Shown here piece by piece: positions 39,170-53,419 of a DNA stretch of 64,000 nt (its first letter is position 1; each line of letters begins with the position of its first letter). Position numbers and translations under genes: made by a program. The notes under the pieces were generated by a model, which saw only the letters and a program-made list of their open reading frames with translations, had not been told where the DNA came from and searched no databases. This DNA is from Octopus vulgaris (Eukaryota): contig OX597832.1 of assembly GCA_951406725.2 (NCBI GenBank), positions 70,680,001 to 70,744,000 of the forward strand, in the 5' to 3' direction.

Positions 39170-40310
39170 TCTTAATATCCTGTCTCTAATAGTACTGTTT
39201 TCTGAAGCTGCACTATCTACTTTTTTATGCCTATTTCCTCTCTCTATCTGTTCAAATCTTTAGGGGTAGACACTAATGCACCTATAGGAATACATTTTAC
39301 CCGCACTTTCTATAGTCTCTGTAACTTAATGGCTACGTCCTGATATTTTGCAATTTTTTTTATATCTCTCATATTGACTTTCTCATCATTTGGGACTGTA
39401 AAGTCAACTATCTGACACTTTTATTTTCTTTGTCTACTACTACAAAATAAGGCTTCTAGCTAATATTACTCTATCCATCTGAATGTTAAAATCCCACATC
39501 TTATACTTCTTACTTTAATAGGTTCATGTTCATAATACTTATCAGTATATTATTTTTTTTTAATTTGCAAGTTTGTTACAATCACTTGCTGAGACACACC
39601 CTGCGTCATGGGGCGAGTGAAAGATAAGAGATGTTACAATTTGACTGAAAGTTTGGGGAGAGGATAGCAGCGAAATAACTTCATGTAATGCAACTCAAAC
39701 ATTGAAATGGATAGGGCTTTTCTAAGGATGTGGGCAGTACTTGTTAGCACAATCTTTTGGAGTGCTCTGAGACATGGTTCTCCTGGGATCTTACCTATGT
39801 GTTTCTGACATACCTTTTTCACTATACCTAGGACACCTACAATAACAGGAACAGTTCTCATTTTAAGATGACACATCTCTATTTCAATTTCCAAGTCCTT
39901 ATATTTACTTAATTTGTCAAATACCTTTACAGATATATTTTTATCAGTGAGAAAACTTACATTTATTAGTGTACAAGTATTTTATTTACTCTTTAATAAT
40001 TATGTCTGGTCGATTAGCCTGGATCGTTCTGTCAGTGTTGACTGGAAAATCTCAGAGGATAGTGACATTGTTACCTTTAATGACTGGCTCGGGGTGATGT
40101 TCATACCAGTAAGCAGGAGTGTTGGTTTTGTAGTGTTTACATAGTTTCCAATGTAAATACTCTCTTACCCTATCGTACCGAGTTTTGTATTCGTTCGGTG
40201 TCAGCACAGGACATCCCGTGACGAAATGTTCTATTGTTTCGTCAAATGTGTTGCAGATTCTGCATTTAGTGTAAGAACCGATTTGAATGTTAGCCTGGTA
40301 GTTTTTTGCA
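39170..40310 (-). mobile_element. Two decayed RLE (R4/Dong-like) 3' fragments
   Basis: KCRICNTFDETIEHFVTGCPVL...WYEHHPEPV and VPVIVGVLG...LQKIVLTSTAHILRKAL; a second, more decayed relic lies at about 39170-39540. Confidence 0.75.
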
Positions 40311-40325
40311 TTATTGTTAGTGAAA

Positions 40326-40535
40326 AGGCGGCGTCCTGGCAGAATCGCTAGCGCGCGGGACGAAATACTTAGCGGTATTTGGTCTGCTGCCACGTTCTGA
40401 GTTCAAATTCCGTCCAGGTCGATTTTACCTTTCATCCTTTCTGGGTCGATAAAATAAGTACCTGTTGAACACTGGGTTCGATGTAATCGACTCATCCCCT
40501 CCCCCAAAATTACTGCCCTAGTGGCGAAATTTACC
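40326..40535 (+). mobile_element. SINE family 2 copy
   Basis: Matches 14786-15010 and 48952-49145. Confidence 0.85.
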
Positions 40536-40557
40536 ATTATTATTACTATTATTATTA

Positions 40558-40614
<57 letters not shown>

Positions 40615-40675
40615 CATTATTATTATTATTATTATCATTATTATTATTATTATCATTATTATTATTATTATTATT

Positions 40676-41797
40676 GCCTTTGCACTGCTTCTGACGCTGG
40701 AGATGTACTACGGTGTCAGCTTTTCACTACCAGTGAACTAAGGTAACACCTCTTATTTTTCGAGCACCTTCCCGAGCATTCGAGCGGTTCCATGCAGTGC
40801 TGTTTCTGCAAGTGATCCACCCTTATTGCAGCCCCTATTTATTCCATGTACTTCTCAATAGTTTTACTCACTGTTCCCAGGGCTCCGACAATTATTGGTA
40901 CTACTTCAACCTTTCTCAGCGATCACAACTGCTTAACCTCCCAAGTTAATCTGTCGTATCTATTGACTTTTCTTTCTTCCTTATCGCATACCTTGTTGTC
41001 AGCTGGGCATTGCTTTGTTTCTCAACTAAGACTATGTCTGGCTTCGTATTCTCTATCTCATGGTCGCACTGAATCATAAAATCCCACTGGATCTTTGCAT
41101 TATCATTTTCGATGATACCATCGGGTTTGTGGTCGTACCAATTTTTTTGTTTGGTCAAGTCCATACTTGTTGCAAAGTGTCCAATGAACAAGCCTGGTTA
41201 TATTGTCGTGGCGACTCTTATATTCCTTCTAGGATAGTGGCGTACATTGGCTGGTAATATGCCATACGGTTTCACCATTTCATCTACAAATTCTGCACTT
41301 ATCACTTTCTGGTGTGTTGTCTATTCTGTATTTTATGTAGTTTGTAAAGAATAAAAAGTTTTGATTGGTACAACAATGCACTATAATACAGAAAATGAGC
41401 TATATATCTGTTGTAATTGAGTCATCCATAATCTGATATGACATTTCGGAATAATATTCTTTCTTCAGATATTCTTAGATGTAGTCGCTGCTATAATCGG
41501 TTTTCTAATGGCTTCTCTTTTTTTGTGTGTAAGCATCTCAGCAGTGGTCTCACGATGCTCTTTCCGGAATTCTTCATGAGAAGTGTGTGAGGTCGGCCAT
41601 GTCTCAATCTCGTGTGTGCTGGTACATCCGTAGCGCTGCTTTTAAGTTCTAAGTTCTAAGTTTTGTAGTTTGATCTTAACGCTTGCTGTTGGACAGCACA
41701 GATTATAGCCTCTGTTTCCGGTTTTAAATCACTTTTAGTCATCCACAGCCATCTTTTTCCTCTGTCTGTCTTATCTTCAACAGTTCTATGAATGTGT

Positions 41798-41800
<3 letters not shown>
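40676..41800 (-). mobile_element. R4/Dong-like 3' fragment, same family as 20363-21842, interrupted at about 41346-41660
   Basis: The 3' end gcctttgca...gagatgtactacggtgtcagc is the reverse complement of 21780-21842 and abuts (TAA)n; SDLKPETEAIICAVQQQALRSNY lies at about 41665-41740. Confidence 0.8.
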
Positions 41801-41828
<28 letters not shown>

Positions 41829-41839
41829 TAATAATAATA

Positions 41840-41892
<53 letters not shown>

Positions 41893-42102
41893 CATTATTA
41901 TTATTATTATTATTATCATAAAATTTTAAGCCCCTGGGTATGATGGAAAGTGTCAGCTGTCCACAGCTAGCAGACTAAGGTGACATATTTTCACTGGTCA
42001 TGTCTCAAGAGCTCTACGCAGAATTCTTGCAGTTCCAAGCAATGATGATTTCTGTAGATGTTCTATCCCTACATTTGTATTATCCTTTTATCATCATCAT
42101 CG

Positions 42103-42196
<94 letters not shown>

Positions 42197-43469
42197 TATT
42201 AATACTATTATTAGACTTTATTATTATTATCATTATTACTATTATTATTATTATTATTAGACATTACCTCATTTGCTATGTAAAAGACATGCTTTTTGTA
42301 TTTTTAAACTTCAATCAAAACCTTCTCGCTGCAATCCTGTATTATGCTTTACGTTCTGAGTTCAAATTCCGCCGAGGTCAGTCTTGCCTTTTATCCTTTT
42401 GGAGTCGATAAAAATAAAGTACCAGACTAGTACTTGCTACTATGAGTTAACAAAAATCACTCAGCCCACATTTCAGCCTACTGTAGAAAGGATAACAGAT
42501 AATGTCTTACAGAAACACAGATTACGGTGGATTAAATAGCTTGTGGATTATATCAACCTCCAGTATGTGATTGGTACTTTATTTTATCGCATACCAGACG
42601 TATGAAGAGAAGCCTGGTGGAATTTGGACTTAGAGTGTAAAGAGCTGAGACAAATTGTGCAAGTCAATTCTCAAACATTGTAACGACTCGGTCGAGAAAG
42701 GAAGGAATAGTGGCAAACGCCAATGTTTGGATGATTTCACGGAGACTTAATCATTGTCCGTTGTTTTTACTTATATATATATGTGTGTGTGTGTGTGTGC
42801 GTGTGTGTGTGTACGTGTGTGTATGTATGTGTGTGTAGATATACAAATGGCGGTGCCCCAACATGGCCACAGCTCATGAGCTGAAACTAGAATCAATCAA
42901 TCAATCATACATACACGTTTATATATATACACACATACATACATACATGCACACATACACATATATACACATCTATACGTACAGATAAGATTGGTTGGAA
43001 TTACCTTCAGCGTCCTGATACAGGCTGTCTACATCTCACTAAATCACAAATCTTCATACATGAGGCAGGAGTAAAGCACCTTTCTGTCTCTTCTGTACTG
43101 AAAGAGGACCCCATTAACATTCGCTCAGAGCTGGAGAGAAGCTCACTACACTGAAACATCAACGAGTGTGTTTAGCAGCAAACAACAAATCTCATTAAAG
43201 ACCTAAATTCCCCAGAGAATATCATACCAACGGAACGCCACTCAAGCGGAGGAATGTACTCAGATTCCATTAAACAGCCGATCATTTGAGGACTGACTGT
43301 GACCTGAGATGGACATACGTAGAAGTAGATTAGTCCTGGCTATGTCAACTAAAACTCAATAAGCGAAGGAGTCCGACGTTGAAAGAGTTGACACCTCATA
43401 AAACCGTAGAAATGTCTCTGATGATGCACCCCAGAACTTCTGTGATACGTGTGTGTGTATGATTGTAAA

Positions 43470-43526
<57 letters not shown>

Positions 43527-43708
43527 TATATATATAATATATATACAATATATATATGTATACATATATAGTTAATCCAAACAAGAAAGCACAAAAAAAC
43601 ACAACAACGCGAGGACGTGGAACAAATATAGTATTATTGAACGTTCAGGAAAGAAGGAGAGAAGGAGGGTTTAACGTTTCGAGCGGAGCTCTTCGTCGGA
43701 AACATAGG

Positions 43709-43764
<56 letters not shown>

Positions 43765-43789
43765 ATATATATTATTGTATGTTTAGTAT

Positions 43790-43846
<57 letters not shown>

Positions 43847-43886
43847 ATATTTATCAATTAATCATTTTATTATCCTAGTTTATTTT

Positions 43887-43975
43887 TAACCTGATGAGTG
43901 GCTATATTTATATCGAAGTGATTTTACTACTACTATAATCATTTCTTAAATATAGCCACGAAACACGAGTCGTTA
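43887..43975 (+). ncRNA. Canonical type I hammerhead ribozyme
   Basis: TAAC-CTGATGA-GTGGCTATATTTA...TAAATATAGCCAC-GAAAC-ACGA-GTC-GTTA: perfect 13-bp stem II, 4-bp stem I and a GUC site. Confidence 0.85.
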
Positions 43976-44191
43976 TTCTACCAATTATATACATTATTAT
44001 TTGTTTGCAATTTACTTAATCATTGATACTTTATTGTTATTTTGATTTTAATTACATATATCATATTTTATTTTCTAGATGGTTAATTTAATTGTTCATT
44101 TTGAATTGATCAAAGGTGTTTTTTCTAATTTTTTATATATATATATTATATTATATTATACCTAATATATATATATGTATGTGTATGTGTG

Positions 44192-44246
<55 letters not shown>

Positions 44247-44913
44247 GTGAGCATATATATTCGTGCATATATATACATACACTTACACACACACATGCAT
44301 ACATACGCACGCATATAAATACATCTTTATCTGCACACCGACCCATATACACATATGAATATATACAGATATATGCGTACACATACACATACATACGCGT
44401 ACACGCACACATCTACATAGATGGAATTATTTATTGGATTCAGGAAGAATTTTTCCTTAGTTTTTAATTTTATTTTAATAATACAATTTATGTTACTTCA
44501 TAAAGTATATTTTAAAATAAATTCTTCCTGCAACTTCATCTTTTCGTCTTCTTAATCTATTTTCTTGAAAGGCAGTTCTTTCTTGATTCCTGCAACTACA
44601 GAGAGATGCCCCGATTTTTACACCATCTTGTAATTAGGACATTTTATGATTAGCCATAAATTGTTAAGAGTTGTTTTTATTCTTGTTGGTTTAGATGCTA
44701 TTGTTGTTGTTGTTGTTTTGGTTTTTGTTTAGCCTAAAGTCAATCGTGATTAAGTAGAACTATGGCTACAGGCATTCCAACGTGACATTCTTTAGAGATA
44801 ACTGGGACTACATTATCTACCGTGTCTTTTCCTTCAGATAAGCGCAATGTGTATTGTTAGTGTGTGTGTTTGCGCGCGCTCGCGTGTGTGTGTATGCGCG
44901 CGAGCGCGCGAGC

Positions 44914-44945
<32 letters not shown>

Positions 44946-45149
44946 GTATGCGTGTGTTTATGATTTGAAGAATCTTGCTATTATTTCTAGCTGGCTGAAC
45001 GTCTACTCATAGGATGCTCCATCGTTAGAGCTATTCTGTCATCAGATCGATTTGCAATACTTGGTACAAGAGTTGTAGTTGTTGCTGTCGCTGTTGCTAT
45101 TATTAGATTTGTTATTATTGTTGTTGTCATTGTCGTTGTCGATCCTTGA

Positions 45150-45660
45150 CGTGGTCGTCGGCCCAGATCTTGCTGGTCGCTCGCTGAACAAATATACAAT
45201 GTTGAAAGCAGTAAATCATGGCGAGGACTTCTATGCCATACGGAATGGAATCTTCTGAGTGGTTTCGAGGACTCAGTAGACATCCCAGCATGAACAAAAC
45301 AACCAGAAATTCTGTGGAAGAGTTGTTTGACGCCTGATATCGGATGCCATTCCAGTTCATCAAAACAACTGATTTTTATTGTACTCACCCTGTCGTTTGA
45401 AAGTATAACATAAAAGACTCACGTGTTGAAGGCCGAAAAATACACCAGTCTGGTCAACAACCTGAAGGAAACTTCTGGGTCAAGGTTTTCGCCATAGAGG
45501 TTGGAGCCAGAGGTTTTGTGGGAAAATCTGTTAACGATCTAATGGAACAATTCTCAGTCTCTCGGAAGAAGAAGACCAAAGACCAAAAGGCAATATCCGA
45601 GACAGCGGAGAGATTTTCCGGCAGGGTCTGGTCGAAGAGGAACAAGAACGACCTCCATAT
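45150..45660 (+). mobile_element. Decayed RLE-type (NeSL/HERO-like) C-terminal fragment
   Basis: TPDIG...KQLIFIVLTLSFE...HVLKAEKYTSL...FAIEVGARGFVGKS resembles a PD-(D/E)xK RLE domain. Confidence 0.6.
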
Positions 45661-46260
45661 CGTTTAAAGACAATATTTCAGTATTTTAGCGTTAAGAGAA
45701 GTAACTGTGAAGGAATTATTTTGGTAGCGTGACGTTTCGCTGTTACCTTGGCAACCAACGTTATTTCTTCTTTAAATTTGATAGCCGAGTCATTGGAGAA
45801 GAACTACAATTAGATGAAATCTCCAAGCACTTTGAATAACAAGTCTCCGATATCCTAGTAGATAAAATTGTCGGCAGAACGGCACCTAGGAATCATGGCC
45901 TGATTATGGCCTGCTTCCTCTTAGAGTGTAAGAAATTAAGGGCCGAAATACTTGCCCGAGTGGGGTTTCTTCTCTGAAGACCTTTCTACTATTCAGCTCT
46001 CTTGACAGTTTCTTATCACTTTCACGTTACATCTAACCATTTTTACTCCAGAAATATAAGACTATATTATCTGTTATCCTTTACTTGTTCCAGTCTGATG
46101 CTTATTCTATCTCTACTCGCTTACCGAACCGCTAAGTTACGGGAAGTCACGGAAACGACATTGCTTATAAAACAGTGGGAGACACACGCACACATACGAA
46201 CACACACACGCACACACACGCACGCGCGCGCGTACACGCACACACACACTTTTATATGTG

Positions 46261-46329
<69 letters not shown>

Positions 46330-46939
46330 GGAGTTTACGAAAAAAACAGGTAGTGTACAAAACAAACAGATGTATTAGTATATCACTCAGGAACAGAGAA
46401 AGTCTTTTACGTTTCGAACCTACGCTCTTCCACAGAAAGGGACACAGAAAAAAGAAGGAGAGAATCAAGTAGAGAAAAAATATGTGTAGTGGCTAACGAT
46501 CTATCATGGCGACTGACTTGGACAGAAGGGTCACACACGAGAAGGAAAGTAGGGGAGATAACAAAGTAAAGATGACCCCCAACACGAAGGTGCGTGTGTG
46601 TATAAGAGAGTATGTATGTGCGTGTGAAAGAGGGCTGGTGGTCTGGACGTTTGCGTGTATGTATGTGTAGGTGTGAAAATGTGGGGATGGGTGTGTGGGT
46701 GGTGTATTGTGATGTGATATGTAATGTTGTATGGTGTAGTGTAGTGTGGTGTGTGGGATAGGATGGAGGAATGGTTGGGGGATGGGAAGGATAGGGAAGT
46801 TGGAGTAGGAATGTGTAGAGGTGGGTGGGCTTACGGGAGGAGGGGAAGGTGGGTATGTGAGGAGAGAGAGGAGGAGAGAAGAGAGAGAGTAAGAGAGAAG
46901 AGAGAAAGAGAGAGTGAAAGAGTAAGAGAGAAGAGAGAA

Positions 46940-46990
<51 letters not shown>

Positions 46991-47759
46991 TGTCCGTCCG
47001 GTACAATAGAAGATAATTACCCAATGTACTGTGCAGTAGGATTGATCCCTGAAATTTTCTAGTTACACTGCGAGCTTCTCTAAAACCCCTTAGTCATTCC
47101 TACGCCTTCGTTATCTAAATTATTCTCCCATTTTCTCCTTTACGGCGGTTTAACATGAAATTCTCTCGTTTCTATTTTCCTTTTAGTCTTTTCTTTCTTT
47201 TCTCTCATTAACCCTCCCCGCCAATATATTACATCATTTGTTCCCCTTTTTGCTAACTTACTTTCTCTCTGTTACTTTCGTCGTTACTCTACTTCAAAAG
47301 AGAAAAAGTTAATTCTTATGAGTCTGTAGCGACTTGTATTAATTTCCCATTATATTTTTCTAGATATATTTCGTAATCTTCCAGTATTTATTTAAGAATT
47401 TCTGACTTTTCGAATCATAAAATTCTCCACGTCTTTGTATTTGCAGCAAATATCAATTTTCTATACCGGATTTTCGGTGATGAATTCTAAATACAGTCAC
47501 CAATATCATTATTGTTTATTCCTGAAGTTAAATCTGCCTCCATCCTTCCGGGGACGAACTTCCATGGTCGATGAATAAAAATATCCGTCATATACTGGGA
47601 TCGAGATATCGTCTATACAGCTACACTCAAAATGGTTGGTTATGAGTCCACAACAGAGGCCATTATTATTGTTGTTCTCTTGACTAATCTAATCCAGATT
47701 ATTCAATCGGTAACCAGAGAGAAGATTGTAATTCTCGGCACAAGCATATCTGTCAGGGT

Positions 47760-48140
47760 AAGATATTAAGTTCGTAACCTCGTCGTTTTGGGATCAATCC
47801 AAATGCACTGCACGTTGAGAAACTGTCTACTTTTATAGCTCCAGGCTGACCGATGCCTTGTGGGAGAATTTGGTAAAGGTAGAAGGAAACTGTAATGAGG
47901 CTTGTCACACATATGCGTGTGTGCGCGCATGCATATTTATGCTAGCATTTATCTCCCAGCACTTGACAAGTGATGTTAGCCCGAACATGTTCCCCTAACT
48001 TAGCGGTTCGGTTAAAAGACCCAATAAAATAAACCCAGGCTTAAAATAATTACTGAAATTAATTTATTCAACTAAAACTGTTCAAGACTGGGCTCCAGCG
48101 TGGCCGCATTCCAATGACTATGACAAAATTATAAAATAAT
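47760..48140 (+). mobile_element. Old degenerate copy of the tRNA-SINE family
   Basis: tagcggttcgg...ccagcgtggccgca...atgact matches the reverse complement of 845-965. Confidence 0.6.
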
Positions 48141-48951
48141 TAATACATTATTACTGTTGGAATATTGATTCCTATCATTGAAATTCCTGTCTTGAATCTC
48201 TTCTATTGTAGAGGTAGAAATGCACGTATTGAGGAAAATGTGACTCATATTTCTTATAGGTTAAGAGACGAGGCGAAGATTTCCTTGTTTTCTCAGTTAT
48301 ATGAAGATCCAGTTAATATTAACTAACGACGCACTCTAAATGTTTAGCTTATATGACTGGCTTACATTGAAGCACAGAAGCGTTGGTCAACAGAGAATAA
48401 ATAATCCCTTCATCAGAGCGAAACACTCCAGAATTTCTTGGACACTTAACTTATTGTTATTTGGGTGTTAACGAATGTTAACAACCAAATTAAGAGAATG
48501 AGCAAAAGATAATTCATTTGATTCAAATGAGCGTATTGACGAGGTAAGCTAGACAAGAAGTCAATGAATAACTTTTAATCAAATCTAGTCAAATCTAGAC
48601 AACTTTGAAATTTATATCAGAATTGTGCATACATGAATTGAGGAAAAGGGAAATATCTTAGAGGCAAAGAGATTTAATATGAGAATTGGTTTAATGCATT
48701 GTGTGCCATTAGAGGAACCTGCTCTGTTGCAAACTTTTAGATTTCGTCTTTGATATGAGGATAATTTCTTATTTAAGTCCAACACTCTTGTGAAATTCTA
48801 AAATAGCATTCACTTCAGGATTCATTATTCTGATTAAGCCATATTTCTTTTAAAAAGTACGGTAGTAATAATGTTGAAGTTTCAGTCTGATAAACGTCCT
48901 CGGTGAAGCTCGGCCCAGCAACTTGTCAGCATTTAATATACAAGGATTGGC

Positions 48952-49145
48952 AAGGCGGTGAGCCCGCCGGGCGAAATGCTTAGCAGTATTTCGTCTGTCT
49001 TTACGATCTGAGTACAAATTCCACCGAGGTCGACTTTGCCTTCTATCCTTTCGGGGTCGATAAATTAAGTACTAGTTGCGTACTGGTATCGATCTAATCG
49101 ACTCCCCAAATATTTCGGGCCTTGTGCTTAGAGCAGAAATGAATA
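48952..49145 (+). mobile_element. SINE family 2 copy
   Basis: Core gtcgactttgccttctatcctttcggggtcgataaattaagtac. Confidence 0.85.
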
Positions 49146-49550
49146 TACAAGGATTGGCGTAACTTACGTTTGATTAGTTTCAGTATAGAGCGCTAAGTTA
49201 AGATAAAATATTTGTCTTTTATTTAGAGTAACAGCAACAGTAAATAATAAGGAAACTTAATGAAGAAAAAATTTCGGCAGATAATTCTGAAGACAAAATC
49301 AAAATGAAAGAACAGAGGAAAAACCAAAGTAGACAAATAACCATAGAATAAGGAAATAAATAAAATAAAAGCACTTTTACAAATCACTTTTGCGAAATTT
49401 CGACAAATCAAATCCCACGTAACTCTTATAATTTTGTTAAAACAACAAACGCTGATTTCTTCAGCGAATTTTTACTTCATTACTTTGTTTTGTTTTTATT
49501 ATTCTTGAAATTGTAGAATTGTTTTGCAGACCTTCCATTTACTGAAGAGA

Positions 49551-49652
<102 letters not shown>

Positions 49653-49786
49653 TTGTGTGTGTGTGTGCGTGTATGCGTATGTATGTTGTATGTTTGTGTG
49701 TATATATATATATATATATATATAGTTATCGCCATACTATACTTGGGAGCGCTGTTGGATAGAAATTCCTTGGATAGAAATACGCA

Positions 49787-49853
<67 letters not shown>

Positions 49854-49855
49854 GC

Positions 49856-49886
<31 letters not shown>

Positions 49887-49887
49887 T

Positions 49888-50031
49888 ATACGACGGTCTT
49901 CTTTCAGTTTCCGTCTACCAAATCTACCCACAAGGCTTTGGTCGGTCCGAGGCTATAGTAGGAGAAACTTGCCAAAGGTGCCACGCAGTGGGACTGATCC
50001 CAGAACCATGTGGTTGGTAAGCAAGCTACTT
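49888..50031 (-). mobile_element. tRNA-SINE host copy 2, B-box side
   Basis: Collinear with 1056-1199. Confidence 0.85.
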
Positions 50032-52082
50032 TATTTCATAATATTCGTCATGTAGACAGTACAAAGATTGTGTAGCTTTGCGGGCCGGACAAACACATTA
50101 ATGAATGAAATTGAAATAAAATGAATAAATGAGAGACGAAACCCAACACTCGCTGATTGGATTTTTCTCGAAAACATATTTTCTTTTTTCTTTAAATCAT
50201 AATGAGGTTTCAAACCTCTTACAAGAAGGAGGCACTAAAACCTCTTACTTAACACGTTTGTTTTAATACACACAAATGATGTAATAAACCACTACAAATA
50301 ATACAATAAGATGAGGTTTCAAACCCTCTAACGAGGCCTTTTCGCTTCCTACTCATTGATATATCCATCGATATATTCCTCATTATTTTCAATGCCGCTT
50401 GAGTTCCTGTATCCTTCCATTTCACATGCTTCACTCATGTAGGACATGTAAGTCGTGTAAGGGCCACCCGGCCATATGCGACACTCTTTCCCAAATCCTT
50501 TAAGCCTTTCTCACAAGGGAAACCTTATGACCTCCACAGCTATCTGCGGAGGCCATTCAGGACCTCGTGTGAATGGCATATCTACTATCTCTTTATGTTC
50601 TTCTACTATTTTTCCACCTCCATACCCTTGTAGAAAAAGATAATTAATTCATCATCTTTAAAAGTGGGGGTCGTTTCTTCCACCGCGGTGACACAACTTC
50701 GGGACATGCAGACGGTACATCATCTCCCCGCTGCGATGACCCGTTCTTCTTTCTTTTTTTCTCTTTTCTTCCTGACTTCGGGAGAGTGGAGCTCTTCCGC
50801 TTTGTCCGGAGTCTCTCCCCCACCTCCCGAAGTCTTAGGGTCCTTCGGCAGGCAACTATTGTTACCCGCCTACTTCCTTTTTTCACATCCACCTCTCCCT
50901 TTGACCGGGTAGGGGAGGTGACAGTTCCGGGACCTTACCATGGTCCTGAGAGCAGTTCTTTTTAATGTGGCCTGGCTGAAGGCACGAGTGGCACTTGGGG
51001 GGACGTCCCTCAAGTATCGCCGAATACCTGCAGCCAGCCATTTAAAAAAATCTGGAAAAACCAGATCTGTTGCGGCCGTCGGGGTCTACAGGGTCAAAAT
51101 CGCTTTTGACCCTTCCCAATCGAACGCTGGCAATACCCTTACATTTAAGAGCCTTGACCCGCTATCCCCCAGTCCCCGTCGGATGGTATCTTCAATCCAA
51201 CCCGCGTCGGTGTCTGGGGGTAACCTACATACCCAGGCTCTTATTAATTTTCTCCCGCACTACGACGAGACGAACAGAATTTTGTTGCACGCTAATGGCT
51301 GACTCGCAAATGTTTGAGCCTTTTCCCGGTCGTCAAACAGCAACCATACGGTTTCATGTTTGACACCTCGGGATATGTATTTCACTGAGGACAAATAGTC
51401 TTTCGGTTCATTTTCTATAACTGGTTTTGGGAAGACGGTGATGGAATCAAGAACTTTAGAATAAGTTCTAACCACCATCGTCCTCTTCTCCATATCTGTT
51501 AACCACTGCTTAGATGGGTTAATTTCCCACTCTAAGACAGAGTTCTTCTTTTTAAGTTCCTTCTCTGCCATGTCCCAAAAAACAGTTAAAAAGTAGTTCA
51601 AAAATCAGTCCGCAAAAAAATTAAAACCGAATAAAAATAGAATTAAAACAAAATAAAAGAGAAGGAAAGGAAACTGAAGTTCAAATAATGAAAAGAATGA
51701 ACCAAAATTTAGAAAGAAAGAAAAAATAGAAGGAGAAAATAAAAGAAAAACCTCACAAATAGAACAGACAGGGAATCCTTTGTATAATACTCCAACAGGT
51801 AATCCAGTAGTGTCGGTTATTCTTGAAGTACTCCAGGTAAATTTCGACTTTTTCTAGTGAGATACGCCCACTAGAATTTACAAATTATTTGGCGAAAAAA
51901 AGCCACACCAAAAATTCTCAATTCTCCGTTATGGTGATGAGAACACAATATTTTTGCTCGCTATAGCGAGCCATAATTGACAATTTTTCTTTTTGTTCTT
52001 TTTTCTATTCACGGAGCCAAAACTCACGTCTTCTCACTGTAACAGTCCAGACCAACTAGTGTTGCATTCTGGGTAACCGGAA
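50032..52082 (-). mobile_element. Non-autonomous ORF1-only Tx1-like retroelement, copy D (diverged subfamily)
   Basis: Flanked by a perfect 15-bp duplication gtaagcaagctactt (50017-50031 and 52083-52097). It carries an ORF1 homologue and the shared 3' end. Confidence 0.88.
50440..51571 (-). pseudogene. ORF1 of copy D, disrupted
   Basis: MAEKEL...MVVRTYSKVLDSITVFPK...VKYISRGVK, a stop at 51260, PKCHSCLQPGHIKKNC at about 50953-51000 and PEWPPQIAVEV at about 50530-50562. The end is approximate. Confidence 0.85.
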
Positions 52083-52122
52083 GTAAGCAAGCTACTTAAT
52101 ACACTGCCACTTCTGCACCTAT
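52083..52122 (-). mobile_element. 5' head (A-box) of split SINE copy 2
   Basis: Minus strand reads ATAGGTGCAGAAGTGGCAGTGTATTAAGTAGCTTGCTTAC. Confidence 0.8.
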
Positions 52123-52481
52123 GTTCTTAAAAATGTTTGCAAACGCCAGCGTGTATGCAATCAAGACAAATGAAAGGTGGCAAAATAAAGCAATTAACTT
52201 CATACCTTAAGATTTCGCTATTAATGATTACTAACGGAATCATCTGTAGCTCATCATTGAAGTCGTTGCAAGGCATATAATCTAGATACAAATGGTATCT
52301 ACGACAGAGAACATGCATATAAAGTTCCGCAAATTAAGTATCGAAAATATCCATCCAAATGTCTTCATGTTGGCGCGCCAAACATTCTGGAATTTGCAAA
52401 AGGTTTTGAGAACATATTCTTCGTTAGGCGATTTGGCGTCTTCTTCTAGCGTATTAGAAATATACCTTGGAGGCTATTCCT

Positions 52482-52526
<45 letters not shown>

Positions 52527-52532
52527 AGAGAG

Positions 52533-52589
<57 letters not shown>

Positions 52590-52607
52590 CATAGATAGAT
52601 AGATACA

Positions 52608-52639
<32 letters not shown>

Positions 52640-52654
52640 TAGATAGATAGATAC

Positions 52655-52725
<71 letters not shown>

Positions 52726-53378
52726 TTCATTTATTTATCAATTTACCTCTCCACCTGTCAACCTATCTATCCATCTATAAATCTGTCTCGGCTTCCTTTC
52801 TCTAAATCTTTATCTACATGCTTCTCTCTCACTTTCTCACTCATTTCTTTCTCTTTTCTCTCTCTCTCTCTCTTTCTCTCTACCTATCATCCAACATAAC
52901 CAGCTGTCAACATACCAACTAGCCCCTCTACCCAAACATCTCCCTAGTTATATATCTATTTGACCATCAATCTGTCTAAATACGTAACTATTTCTGTCAC
53001 CTCATCTATTAGCATTAAAACCGAGAACAGTGTCGTATTTCAACCTTCTAACACGTGATAAATTGTTTCTCTTCCAATTTATGAATGATCCTCCGGATGA
53101 ATATAAAGTATTCACTAGTAATCAGTCGTTTCCTCTTAATCCAGTCAGGATTACAGTCAAGCACAAAGTTAATTGAACATTATAAATTATATAAACATAC
53201 ACATATACAAGGATAAATATATATGTATGTATGTGTATGTAGATATATATGTGTGTGTGTGTGTCTGTGTCTATGTCTGTGTATGTATACATATATGTAT
53301 GCATGACTACGTATCAATGAAAATGTTTAATGCAATATAGACACATATACACATGCTAACATATATATATATGCTTAC

Positions 53379-53413
<35 letters not shown>

Positions 53414-53419
53414 CGTGTG

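Noticed and set aside
43050-43450. Possible additional decayed RLE retroelement fragment
   Set aside because: Only faint motif resemblance; too degraded to call without a search.
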